A DNA stretch of 64,000 nucleotides, from positions 4,914 through 68,913 of the forward strand of contig JAJZPQ010000006.1 in assembly GCA_021811085.1 (NCBI GenBank), given 5' to 3'. The position numbers and the translations under genes are program-made. Below the pieces are notes generated by a model that was not told the origin of the DNA, searched no databases, and worked only from the letters and a program-made list of their open reading frames with translations. Positions 37,374 to 46,824 of this stretch are shown one piece after another. The DNA comes from Pseudomonadota bacterium. Lineage in GTDB: Bacteria; Pseudomonadota; Gammaproteobacteria; Burkholderiales; SG8-39. Numbering within the stretch: the first letter of the stretch is position 1; every line of letters starts with the position of its first letter.

Positions 37374-37720
37374 TGATGTCCTTTCATTTTGTCGTGGGTC
37401 CGCAGCTCTGCGGTCCGCATTTATCTTTATCCGGGTCGACGCCCTCTAGTGAGGCAATAAATGCGCCGTAACGGAGTCATAAAGTTGACTGAATTTGCCT
37501 CATATTTAATAGTATGAAAACAAGATTGTCAACAAATAGTTTGCGCTACTCTTTAGTTGGATAGAATGCCGAGCGGCAGAGTAAAAACATAATTGAAACA
37601 TGCAATAATGATATTATTAGCAAGCCAATGTCGCTCCGACAGGCGGCAGTTGGCTGACGGACGCAGCTAATTGAAATTAGCATAATATATCTATATAAAT
37701 GTGTTGCGCAAATTTAATTG

Positions 37721-37750
37721 TTGACAAAAATGTCAACTGTTGTTTATAGT
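37721..37750 (+). promoter_or_regulatory. candidate sigma70 promoter embedded in an 18-bp palindrome upstream of the GntR gene
   Basis: TTGACA (37721-26), an 18-nt spacer, then TATAGT (37745-50). The -35 element is part of the perfect palindrome GTTGACA-AAAA-TGTCAAC (37720-37737). Confidence 0.45.
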
Positions 37751-37844
37751 CGCGCCATCCCGGTTTATCGAGATTGTCTCAAGCCGGAAAAACGGAATCA
37801 AACAGGCTTGCCTGTTTTTCCATCCACTCTCTCCTGGAGGACGC

Positions 37845-38552
37845 ATGGCGACGCGGTTGAAAAAGGCGGTCCAGGTTGAGCAACGCCCCGGAGCAAAGGG
37901 CGGTCCTCACGGCAAACGCGGGATCGATCTGCAAAAGGTGTTGCGCGAACGCATCGCGAAGCAAGAGATTGCCCCCGGAAGCAAATTGCGGGAACAAGAG
38001 CTTTCCACAGAATTCGGCGTGCCGCGCGCCCTCGTGCGCGAAACACTTTGCGCCCTGGAACAGCGCGGTTTGATCGAGCGTATTCCCAACCGCGGCGCAG
38101 TGGTCGTTCGTCTCGATTTGTCCCAGGTGTTCGAAATTTACGACTTGCGCGAAGTGCTGGAGGGACTGTGTGCGCGGCTGGCCGCCCAGAATACGTCGCC
38201 CGAATCCTGGCAGGACATGGTCGACATGTTCGAAGGACCAATGGAGGAGTACGTAAAGCGAGGCGATTATGAGTCGTTTCTTGCGGGCTACGCAGTATTT
38301 CGTCGACGGCTGATCGAGGCGGCGGCCAATCCGGTACTCGCCGACATGCTGGACAGCATCTACGAAAAGACCCAAGCCATCATCCGCCGCATCATTATTC
38401 TGCCGGGGCGTGCGGAACAAGGACTCTCGGAACATCGGGCAGTGCTCGCGGCAGTGTGCCGTGGCGATGCCGAGGCAGCCGAGCGCTTGCGGCGAGAGAA
38501 CATGCGCAGCGGCAAGGATTACCTCAAGCGATATCAAAGTTTCGTACTGTAG
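37845..38552 (+). CDS. GntR family (FadR/FCD-type) transcriptional regulator
   Basis: LREQELSTEFGVPRALVRETLCALEQRGLIERIPNRGAVV forms the wHTH, followed by a helical FCD-like domain. A GGAGG RBS lies at 37836-40. Confidence 0.85.
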   Translation: MATRLKKAVQVEQRPGAKGGPHGKRGIDLQKVLRERIAKQEIAPGSKLREQELSTEFGVPRALVRETLCALEQRGLIERIPNRGAVVVRLDLSQVFEIYDLREVLEGLCARLAAQNTSPESWQDMVDMFEGPMEEYVKRGDYESFLAGYAVFRRRLIEAAANPVLADMLDSIYEKTQAIIRRIIILPGRAEQGLSEHRAVLAAVCRGDAEAAERLRRENMRSGKDYLKRYQSFVL

Positions 38553-38628
38553 GGCATAGGCACAGTTCCCCGGCAGACGCGAATTTGGCCAACACGGACA
38601 CCACAGTTTGAAACCGAGGCAAAAAAAC

Positions 38629-39894
38629 ATGAATGAAATTTCGCCCGGCGGCCCATTGTCCGGCTACCGGGTGCTCGAGATGGGTTCCACCGTGGCCGGA
38701 CCGTTTTGCGGACGGCTTCTCGCGGATTTTGGCGCGGAGGTGATTAAGGTGGAGCCGTTCGAAGGAGATGCCGTGCGCACGATGGGCAAGCGTTTTCATG
38801 GGAAATCGCTGTATGCGGCGAGCATTTTCAGAAACAAGTCGCTGATCTCGGTGGATTTGCGCAAGCGCGAAGGCCAGGAAATCATCAGGAAGATTGTCAC
38901 CAAGTGTGACCTTGTGGTGGAGAATTTTCGCCCGGGAGGCTTGGAAAAATGGAGCTTGGGATACGCAGATCTCTCACACCTCAACCCGGGGATCATCATG
39001 GTGCGCATCAGCGGCTTCGGTCAAACTGGCCCTTACAGCCAGCGTGCCGGTTACGGTGTGATCGGCGAGGCAGTCAGCGGCCTGCGCCATATCACCGGTG
39101 ATCCGGATCGCCCACCTAGCCGAGCTGCGGTGTCGATCACCGACTACATTACCGGCTTATACGGTGCTTTCGGTGCGGTCATGGCATTGCTTGCTCGCGC
39201 CAAGACCGGGCGGGGGCAGTACATCGACACCGCGCTCTACGAATGTGCTTTCAGCTTTATGGAGCCGCACGTCCCCGCATATGAAAAGCTTGGGCACGTC
39301 GCCATGCGCGCCGGCTCGCGACTGCCTGACAGCACGCCGAATAATCTGTACGTGACCCGCGACCGGCAATTCATTCATATCACGGCGATGGGCGATGCCG
39401 TGTTCAAGCGCCTGACGGCTTGCATGGGCCAGTCCGAACTGTTCGATGACCCGCGTTTTGGCGACCCGGTCGAGCGTTCCCGTCACGACCAGGATCTCGA
39501 CGACATCATTACGCGCTGGACCGAAAGCCACGACCTCGCTGAACTGGAAAGTGTGCTGAATGCGGCGGCGGTACCTGCAACGCGCGTTTTCACCATGGCT
39601 GACATTTTCAGAGATCCCCAATACCAGGCGCGCGAAATGCTCGCGCAAGCACCCGATGACGACCTGGGCACGGTAGCTATGACGGCGCCGGTGCCACGAT
39701 TGTCGGAGACCCCTGGCAGCATCCGCCACGCCGGCAAGCGCATCGGGCAGGACACGCGCCGGGTACTTTCCGAAATTGCAGGACTGTCCGCCGGGGAGCT
39801 GGACCAACTCGAGACCGCACGCGTGATTTTCAGTGACCGAGGGCTATCGGGGCAGATTGCCACTCCCGTCGGAGCGTGGGCGGGTGCAGCGTGA
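38629..39894 (+). CDS. CoA-transferase family III (CaiB/BaiF-type)
   Basis: GPLSGYRVLEMGSTVAGPFCGRLLADFGAEVIKVEP..NFRPGGLEKWSLGY..ISGFGQTGPY. Confidence 0.85.
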   Translation: MNEISPGGPLSGYRVLEMGSTVAGPFCGRLLADFGAEVIKVEPFEGDAVRTMGKRFHGKSLYAASIFRNKSLISVDLRKREGQEIIRKIVTKCDLVVENFRPGGLEKWSLGYADLSHLNPGIIMVRISGFGQTGPYSQRAGYGVIGEAVSGLRHITGDPDRPPSRAAVSITDYITGLYGAFGAVMALLARAKTGRGQYIDTALYECAFSFMEPHVPAYEKLGHVAMRAGSRLPDSTPNNLYVTRDRQFIHITAMGDAVFKRLTACMGQSELFDDPRFGDPVERSRHDQDLDDIITRWTESHDLAELESVLNAAAVPATRVFTMADIFRDPQYQAREMLAQAPDDDLGTVAMTAPVPRLSETPGSIRHAGKRIGQDTRRVLSEIAGLSAGELDQLETARVIFSDRGLSGQIATPVGAWAGAA

Positions 39895-39996
39895 GGAGGA
39901 TCGCTACCTGCAGTCGCGACGAGGGGCCGTGCGCCGCCTATGTATCTGAACAGACGGCCGCATATCAGTCGCAATGGGACCAACGAGGACGACATC

Positions 39997-41532
39997 ATGG
40001 CGTTTGAAGAACTATTGATCGAATACGAAGAACGGCGCGCAAAAGCGATTGCGATGGGCGGATCCGAGAAATTGGAGAAGCGGCGCGCAGCAGGACTGCT
40101 CAATGCGCGCGAGCGCATCGAGTACCTGGTGGACCCGGGCAGTTTCATGGAGTCGGGACTGTTCGGGACTTCGGCAGCGTATGAGCACGACCGCGAAAAG
40201 ACACCGGCTGATGGAAAGGTGGCGGGCTACGCGCGTCTCGGCGGCCGCGACATAGCAGTCATCTCCAATGATTTTACCGTCAAGGGCGCCTCCAGCAGCG
40301 CAACTAACGGCAGGAAGATCGGCCAGATGAAACGCGTTGCGATCCAGCGTGGTCTACCGTTGGTGTTTCTGGGCGAGTCCTCCGGGGCACGCATGCCTGA
40401 CACCATGGGCTCGCGCGGCATGGGCACCATGCTTGGCAACGACCCCACGCAGTACCGGCGCATGCGCGAAACGCCCTGGGCCGGCGCGGTGCTGGGTTTG
40501 TGCTACGGTTCCTCGACTTGGTACACCGGCTATTCCGATTTCAGCGTGATGCGCAAGGGCGCCATCATGGCCGTATCCAGCCCGCAGCTCGTGTCGCTCG
40601 CGATCAGGGAAAAAGTGGATCCGGAAGAAATCGGAGGATGGAAGCTTCACAGCGAGGTGACCGGGCTTATCGACCAGGTGGTGGACACCGACGAAGAGGC
40701 GCTCGACGCGATCAAGAAGTTTCTGTCCTACATGCCGGCCCACCACAACGAGGCGCCGCCCGTGCATCCGGTGCCTGCTGGATCGGGCGAGGGCATGCAG
40801 GACATCGTGAACCTGCTGCCGCCCAAGCGCACCCAGGTATACGACGTGCGCAAGATCATCAAAACCATCGTTGACCGCGACAGCTACTTCGAACTCAAGC
40901 CGCGCTTTGGCAAAGTGGCGGTGACCGCTCTCGCGAGGATCAATGGCCGCAGCGTCGGCATCATCGCCAACAATCCTTTGTTCAAGGGCGGAGCGCTGGA
41001 CTCGGACGGGTGCGATAAAGCCACCAGCCTTACCGTCATGTGCGACTCATTCAACATCCCGATTGTCATGCTCGTGGATACGCCCGGATTCATCATCGGC
41101 CTCGATGCAGAGCGCAAACGCGCGCCAGGCAAGATCGTGAATTTCATGGGCGCGCTGTCGCTGGTGACGGTGCCCAAGCTGACGATCGTCCTGCGCAAGA
41201 GCTACGGCCAAGCTTATCTCAACATGGGCGGGGGGCGCAATTCCGACGAGTTTGCGGCCTGGCCCACGGCCGAAATCAGCTTCATGGATCCGAACTTCGC
41301 CGCCAGCATCGTGCATGGACTCAATCCGGGCGACCCCGGCTACGAGGAAGCCGTTGCGGAAATGGCGCGCGGCAACAGCGTCTGGGACATTGCGTCGATG
41401 TATGCGGTGCAATCGGTGGTTTTGCCGAGCGAGACGCGCAATTACCTTATCCGCATGCTGGAGGTGCATCAATCGCGTCTATCTAACGGCGTGGGCGAAC
41501 ACCTGATGCGCACTTGGCCGACCACTTTCTGA
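39997..41532 (+). CDS. acyl-CoA carboxylase carboxyltransferase subunit (12S/PccB-type), paralog A
   Basis: GLLNARERIEYLVDPGSFMESG..DFTVKGASSS..GIIANNPLFKGGALD..LVDTPGFIIG. Length is 511 aa. Confidence 0.85.
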   Translation: MAFEELLIEYEERRAKAIAMGGSEKLEKRRAAGLLNARERIEYLVDPGSFMESGLFGTSAAYEHDREKTPADGKVAGYARLGGRDIAVISNDFTVKGASSSATNGRKIGQMKRVAIQRGLPLVFLGESSGARMPDTMGSRGMGTMLGNDPTQYRRMRETPWAGAVLGLCYGSSTWYTGYSDFSVMRKGAIMAVSSPQLVSLAIREKVDPEEIGGWKLHSEVTGLIDQVVDTDEEALDAIKKFLSYMPAHHNEAPPVHPVPAGSGEGMQDIVNLLPPKRTQVYDVRKIIKTIVDRDSYFELKPRFGKVAVTALARINGRSVGIIANNPLFKGGALDSDGCDKATSLTVMCDSFNIPIVMLVDTPGFIIGLDAERKRAPGKIVNFMGALSLVTVPKLTIVLRKSYGQAYLNMGGGRNSDEFAAWPTAEISFMDPNFAASIVHGLNPGDPGYEEAVAEMARGNSVWDIASMYAVQSVVLPSETRNYLIRMLEVHQSRLSNGVGEHLMRTWPTTF

Positions 41533-41541
41533 GGGATGCGC

Positions 41542-42882
41542 ATGTTCGATAGAGTCGTCGTCGCCAATCGCGGAGCTGTCGCCGCCCGGGTCCTGCGCGC
41601 GCTCAACGCTATGCGCATCCATTCGATCGCGGTGTATTCGGAGGCTGATGCTGGCGCGCCCTACCTTGAACTCGCCAGTGAGACCCACGCGATCGGCCCG
41701 GCGTCCCCGCGCGAAAGCTACCTCAATCAGGAGACTCTGCTCGATATTTTCCGGCGCTCGCGCGCGGACGCAATGCATCCGGGCTACGGTTTTCTCTCGG
41801 AGAACGCCGGATTTGCGACTCGGGTGGAGTCTGCGGGCACGCGTTTCATCGGACCGGCGCCGCGCTGGATCGAGGCGATGGGACACAAGACCCGTGCCCG
41901 CGCCCTCGCCCGAGAGTACGGACTGCCAGTGGGCAGCGGATCTGACATCCTACCCGCGGACAAGGACATTGTCGCCGCTGCGGCAAGGCGCATCGGCTTT
42001 CCCGTGTTGGTCAAACCGGCGGCCGGCGGCGGCGGCATCGGTATGCTGCCGGCCTACGACGAGACTCAACTGGTCGAGGCAGTGGAGCGCGCGCGCTCCA
42101 TGGCGCAGCGCGGTTTCGCCAATGCCGAGGTGTATTTGGAAAAGCTGCTGACGCGACCACGCCACATCGAATTTCAAGTGCTGGGGGACCATTTCGGCTC
42201 GGTCCGACATCTGTTCGAGCGCGACTGCTCGGTGCAGCGCCGCCATCAGAAGGTGATCGAGGAAGCACCCGCACCGCTCGTCGAGCGCAATCAGATCGAA
42301 GGCCTTGCCGACAGCGTTGCGGCGATCTTGCAGAAAATGGGCTACGACAATATCGGAACGGTAGAAATGCTCATGGGAGCCGACGGCTCGTTTTCCTTTC
42401 TCGAGATGAACACCCGCCTCCAGGTCGAGCACGGCGTGACCGAGGAAGTCACCGGCGTCGACCTGGTTCAGGCACAGATCCGGTCGGCCGCGGGCGAAAG
42501 GCTGGAGACAATTTTGCCTGCGCACATTAAATTGGACGGTCACGCCATCCAGGCGCGAGTATACGCCGAGGACCCCAAGCGTTTTTTCCCATCGCCGGGG
42601 AAACTCAATGTATTCCGTCCCCCGGTGGATCCCAGCGTACGCATCGAGACTGGCTACGTCGAGGGCCGCGACGTGACGCCGCACTACGACCCGCTCCTGG
42701 CCAAGGTGATCGTGCACGCGCCGACGCGCGAGGCGGCGATCGGGCGTCTGTGCGATGCGCTCGAGGAGTTCGCGATCGAGGGCGTGAAGAACAATATCCC
42801 GGCGCTGCTGACGATTTTGCATTCGGCGCCTTTCCGCGCAGGGCAGGTTCATACCGGGATCGTGGCGGAAGTGATTTCCTGA
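41542..42882 (+). CDS. biotin carboxylase (stand-alone ATP-grasp BC subunit)
   Basis: MFDRVVVANRGAVAARVLRA..HPGYGFLSEN..KPAAGGGGIGM..FLEMNTRLQVEHGVTE. No fused BCCP. An ATG at 41536 is an alternative start. Confidence 0.9.
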   Translation: MFDRVVVANRGAVAARVLRALNAMRIHSIAVYSEADAGAPYLELASETHAIGPASPRESYLNQETLLDIFRRSRADAMHPGYGFLSENAGFATRVESAGTRFIGPAPRWIEAMGHKTRARALAREYGLPVGSGSDILPADKDIVAAAARRIGFPVLVKPAAGGGGIGMLPAYDETQLVEAVERARSMAQRGFANAEVYLEKLLTRPRHIEFQVLGDHFGSVRHLFERDCSVQRRHQKVIEEAPAPLVERNQIEGLADSVAAILQKMGYDNIGTVEMLMGADGSFSFLEMNTRLQVEHGVTEEVTGVDLVQAQIRSAAGERLETILPAHIKLDGHAIQARVYAEDPKRFFPSPGKLNVFRPPVDPSVRIETGYVEGRDVTPHYDPLLAKVIVHAPTREAAIGRLCDALEEFAIEGVKNNIPALLTILHSAPFRAGQVHTGIVAEVIS

Positions 42883-42918
42883 TCCCGTATCACCTAATAC
42901 ACATGGAGAACAAGCAAA

Positions 42919-43140
42919 ATGGCGACAGTGGAACTTAAGTCCGAGGTGACCGGAGCGGTCTGGCAGATCAAGAAGCAGCCGGGCGAGGTTGTCGCCGAAG
43001 GGGACATCGTTATGATTTTGGAGTCGATGAAGATGGAGATTCCAGTGATAGCGGAACAAGGGGGCACGCTCAAGGAACTGGTCGTGAAAGAGGGCGAGCC
43101 TGTGGCCGAGGGCCAGACCGTTGCGATCCTCGAAACCTAA
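42919..43140 (+). CDS. minimal biotin carboxyl carrier protein (biotinyl domain only, 73 aa)
   Basis: VMILESMKMEIPV carries the MKM biotinylation motif, with the Lys codon at 43030-43032. There is no N-terminal or linker region. Confidence 0.8.
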   Translation: MATVELKSEVTGAVWQIKKQPGEVVAEGDIVMILESMKMEIPVIAEQGGTLKELVVKEGEPVAEGQTVAILET

Positions 43141-43188
43141 CCCGGTATATCGGCGCTGTTTCATATCCAACTCTTCAAGGGTAATTAA

Positions 43189-44751
43189 ATGACGTGGTTA
43201 CCGGAAGCAGAAGAAATCGCATTGCGCCGCAAATGGGCGGAAGAACTGGGCGGGAAGGAGGCCATCGCCCGTCATCACGCACAGGGGCGACTTACGGTGC
43301 GCGAGCGAATTGGCGGCCTCGTGGATGCCGGTTCGTTCCAGGAAGTCGGCAAGCTGACCGGAAACGGCACTTACGTCGACGGCCAAGTCACAAAAGTGAC
43401 GCCGGCCCCTTACGTAATGGGGCTCGCCAGTGTCGACGGACGGTCAGTTGCAATAGGCGGCGAAGATTTTACCGTGCGCGGCGGCACCAGTTGGGGCGGT
43501 GATCGACGCAAAGGTGGTCAGGGCGGCTTCGTCGAGGACCTGGCTGCGCGGTATCGCATTCCATTGATCAATCTGATCGACGGCGCCGGCGGCACCGTAA
43601 CCTCGGCAAAGCGACGCGGCCACACTGTGTTCCCCGGCGTGGACGGGTACGAGCGCGCGGTGCAGTTGCTGGGAACGGTGCCGGTGGTCAGCGCGGTCAT
43701 GGGAACGGCGGCCGGCGGCCCGGCCGGGCGGGCGATACTGTCCCACTGGTCGGTGATGGTAAAGGGCTCGAGCCAGATTTTTGCTGCGGGTCCACCGGTC
43801 GTTGAACGCTCCTTGGGGCAAAAGGTGAGCAAGGATGAACTCGGTGGAACCCGGATGGCGGTTGACACTGCCGGCACCGTAGACAATGCGGCCGAAAGTG
43901 AGGAAGACGCCTTTCGTCTGATTCGGCGTTTTCTCAGCTACATGCCGCAGAACGTGTGGGAGCTGCCACCGGTTACGAGTTGCGATGATCCGGTGGACCG
44001 CCGCGAAGAGGCGCTGCTTAATCTGGTGCCGCGGGAGAGGCGGCAGCCGTACAACATGAAGAAACTGATCGAAATGGTGGCCGACCGGGGCTCGATATTC
44101 GAGATTCAACCTACTTTTGGCCGCGCCGTGATCACCTGCCTCGCGCGCATGAACGGAAAGGCAGTCGGCATCATCGCCAACAACCCCATGGTCTATGGTG
44201 GCGCAATGGACGTCAGGGCGGCGCGAAAGCAGATCCACTTCATCGAGTTGTGCGACACATTTCATATACCGCTCATTTTTCTTGTGGATCTGCCCGGGTT
44301 CATGGTTGGCATGCAGGCAGAGGCCGCGGCCACCTTGCGCGATGGCATGCGCGCCGTGTACGTAGGGCTGCAGGCAAGCGTGCCGATTCTCACCTTGGTG
44401 ATCCGCAAGTGCTACGGCATGGCAGGCATGGGCACGACCGACAAGAACGGTCTGGATTTCAAGATCGCCTGGCCATCGGCCGAATGGGGCTCGTTGCCGG
44501 TCGAAGGTGGTGTGGCGGCAGCGTTCAAGCGCGAGATTCAGAATGCTACAGATCCGGCGCAGCGACAAAAGGAGCTTGAGGAAGAGTTGCGCGAGTTGGA
44601 TTCGCCTTTTCTCACCGCCGAAGCGTTTGGCGTGGAGGACATCATCGATCCGCGCGAAACCCGACGCTATCTGTGCCGCTTCATTGACTTGGCGCAGGGG
44701 CGGCTCAAGACGGAAGTCGGCGTCAAACTGAAGACGGGTGTGCGCCCCTAA
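43189..44751 (+). CDS. acyl-CoA carboxylase carboxyltransferase subunit (12S/PccB-type), paralog B
   Basis: QGRLTVRERIGGLVDAGSFQEVG..DFTVRGGTS..GIIANNPMVYGGAMD..LVDLPGFMVG..WPSAEWGSLP. Length is 520 aa. Confidence 0.9.
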   Translation: MTWLPEAEEIALRRKWAEELGGKEAIARHHAQGRLTVRERIGGLVDAGSFQEVGKLTGNGTYVDGQVTKVTPAPYVMGLASVDGRSVAIGGEDFTVRGGTSWGGDRRKGGQGGFVEDLAARYRIPLINLIDGAGGTVTSAKRRGHTVFPGVDGYERAVQLLGTVPVVSAVMGTAAGGPAGRAILSHWSVMVKGSSQIFAAGPPVVERSLGQKVSKDELGGTRMAVDTAGTVDNAAESEEDAFRLIRRFLSYMPQNVWELPPVTSCDDPVDRREEALLNLVPRERRQPYNMKKLIEMVADRGSIFEIQPTFGRAVITCLARMNGKAVGIIANNPMVYGGAMDVRAARKQIHFIELCDTFHIPLIFLVDLPGFMVGMQAEAAATLRDGMRAVYVGLQASVPILTLVIRKCYGMAGMGTTDKNGLDFKIAWPSAEWGSLPVEGGVAAAFKREIQNATDPAQRQKELEEELRELDSPFLTAEAFGVEDIIDPRETRRYLCRFIDLAQGRLKTEVGVKLKTGVRP

Positions 44752-44924
44752 TGGTGCGTCGTGAGCATTCGGTGTGGCGGACCTTCATCTTCAAAAGACA
44801 AAGACATTATCAACGAATGGAACAGGAGGCAGATGGATCAACCGATTACATGGTCACGCATTTACATAACTAGACGCACACCAATGACATGCGTTCAACT
44901 CATTGAGCAATAGGAGGAGGTAGA

Positions 44925-45935
44925 ATGAAATTTCCCAGATTGATTTCTTTGTTTTTCGTTGCGATTGTCACCCTCGCCGGAATGGCCGGAAATGCATCGG
45001 CTGAAGCGAGCGAAGTCAGGATCGCACTGCAGTTTGGTATTGGTTACTTGCCACTTACCGTAATGCAGCACGACAAGCTTATCGAAAAGCATCTCAAGGC
45101 TTCTGGCCTTGACAATACCAAAGTGGTTTGGTCAAAGACGGGTGCCGGGTCTGCGATGAACGATGCGTTGCTCGCAGGTCAATTGGACTTTGCCTCTGGC
45201 GGGATTCCGCCGTTTTTGCTGCTGTGGGGCAAGACTCGCGACAACCTTGACGTCAGGGGCGTGGGTGCATTGTGCTCGATGCCCAATTTCCTCAACACCA
45301 GCAATCCGAATATCAAATCGGTGAAGGATTTCACGGACAAGGACAGAATTGCGGTGGCCGGAGCTGGATCATCGGTTCAAACTGTTTATCTGCAGATGGC
45401 GGTTGCCAAGGCTTACGGGGACGCACACTATAACAAGCTCAACCCGATTATGGTAAAGCTATCCCATCCAGACGGCATGGTGGCGCTGCTATCGGGCCAG
45501 ACGATCGATGCCCAATTTACTTCGCCGCCGTTTCAGTACGAGGAGCTGGAACACCCTGGTATTCATAAGGTGCTTAGCTCATACGACGTAATGGAAGGGT
45601 CAAATAGTTTCCTCATGATGTGGGGTACGGGGAAATTCCGGAAGGAAAATCCGAAAACGTACCAAGCGGTCTTTGATGCCTTCAAGGAAGCCACCGAGTC
45701 GATTAATCAAGACAAAAAAAGAGCCGCCGAGATTTACGTAGAGAGTGTCAACGGAAAGGCCTCACTGGACAGTATCCTTAAGATGCTCAACGACCCGGAA
45801 ATCAAATATACCTTGGCGCCGGAAGGGATCATGCAATTCGTTCAGTTCATGAACAAAGTGGGTACCCTAAAGAGCAAGGCTGCGTCATGGAAGGATCTGT
45901 TTTTCCCCGAAGTCTATAACCTGCCTGGCAGCTAA
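44925..45935 (+). CDS. ABC transporter periplasmic substrate-binding protein (NMT1/NitT-TauT-like)
   Basis: Signal peptide MKFPRLISLFFVAIVTLAGMAGNASA. Length is 336 aa, and cognate ATPase and permease genes follow. Confidence 0.8.
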   Translation: MKFPRLISLFFVAIVTLAGMAGNASAEASEVRIALQFGIGYLPLTVMQHDKLIEKHLKASGLDNTKVVWSKTGAGSAMNDALLAGQLDFASGGIPPFLLLWGKTRDNLDVRGVGALCSMPNFLNTSNPNIKSVKDFTDKDRIAVAGAGSSVQTVYLQMAVAKAYGDAHYNKLNPIMVKLSHPDGMVALLSGQTIDAQFTSPPFQYEELEHPGIHKVLSSYDVMEGSNSFLMMWGTGKFRKENPKTYQAVFDAFKEATESINQDKKRAAEIYVESVNGKASLDSILKMLNDPEIKYTLAPEGIMQFVQFMNKVGTLKSKAASWKDLFFPEVYNLPGS

Positions 45936-45955
45936 CTGCAGCGAGCTGTAGTTAG

Positions 45956-45997
45956 AAAGGCGGGTTCGCCAGAGTCCGCCTTTCGTGGCTTTTTTTC
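45956..45997 (+). terminator. intra-operon hairpin / partial terminator after the binding-protein gene
   Basis: AAAGGCGG-(12 nt)-CCGCCTTT gives an 8-bp stem. A T7 run follows at 45990-45997, displaced by 6 nt. Confidence 0.4.
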
Positions 45998-46026
45998 AGC
46001 CGCGAGCCTTATAGAGGAGTGTGGAG

Positions 46027-46824
46027 ATGGACGAGGACCAAGGCGCGCTGCCCTTACTAAGCGTAAGCGACGTCACTTTGCAGTATAAGACCAAGGAGCA
46101 CCTGGTGACCGCCACTTACCGGGTGAGCTTCCAGGTGTTCAAATCGGACCGCTATGTCCTGCTGGGGCCTTCGGGCTGCGGCAAGTCGACGCTGCTGAAA
46201 GCCGTGGGTGGCTATCTCACCCCGGTGGAAGGCGCTATCCGCCTGAAAGGCGAGACAGTCACCAAGCCCGGTCCGGACCGGATGATGGTGTTCCAGGAGT
46301 TCGACCAGTTGCTTCCCTGGAAGACGGTGAAGCAGAACGTCATGTTTGCTCTCGTTTCGAGCGGTAAATACAAGGGTAAGGCCGCTGAAGACAAGGCGAT
46401 GCACTGCATCGAGAAGGTGAACCTCACCAAGTTCGCCAACAGCTTCCCGCACACGCTCTCAGGAGGCATGAAGCAGCGCGTCGCCATCGCCCGGGGAATG
46501 GCGATGGAGCCTGACGTGCTCCTTATGGACGAACCCTTCGCAGCGCTCGATGCCTTGACGCGCCGCAAGATGCAGGAAGAGCTCTTGCAGCTCTGGGATG
46601 ACATCCATTTCACCGTATTGTTCGTGACCCACTCGATCCCCGAGGCGGTCAAGATTGGCAATCGCATCCTGCTGCTCTCCCCCCATCCCGGTCAGGTCAA
46701 GGCTGAGTTGAACAGTAGCGGGCGCGACGAAGAAGACCCGGTGACCGGCAAGCGGCTTTCCGACCGCATCCACAACATGCTGTTTGCCGACGAGATCGAA
46801 GAGGAAGAGGTGACCCATGTCTGA
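46027..46824 (+). CDS. ABC transporter ATP-binding protein (NitT/TauT family)
   Basis: Walker A GPSGCGKST, signature LSGGMKQRV and Walker B LLMDEPF. An AGAGGAG RBS lies 7 nt upstream of the ATG at 46027. Confidence 0.9.
   Translation: MDEDQGALPLLSVSDVTLQYKTKEHLVTATYRVSFQVFKSDRYVLLGPSGCGKSTLLKAVGGYLTPVEGAIRLKGETVTKPGPDRMMVFQEFDQLLPWKTVKQNVMFALVSSGKYKGKAAEDKAMHCIEKVNLTKFANSFPHTLSGGMKQRVAIARGMAMEPDVLLMDEPFAALDALTRRKMQEELLQLWDDIHFTVLFVTHSIPEAVKIGNRILLLSPHPGQVKAELNSSGRDEEDPVTGKRLSDRIHNMLFADEIEEEEVTHV

Noticed and set aside
37526-37563. BirA operator (bioO)-like site TTGTCAAC-N22-GTTGGATA upstream of bioB
   Set aside because: The half-sites are imperfect. The spacing, as I recall the E. coli bioO layout, does not match. 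Similarity is too weak to call without a taxon-specific motif.
44752-44874. 40-aa ORF (MVRREHSVWRTFIFKRQRHYQRMEQEADGSTDYMVTHLHN) between CT-B and the SBP gene
   Set aside because: It has no RBS and no conservation evidence, and its start overlaps the CT-B stop region. It is likely fortuitous.
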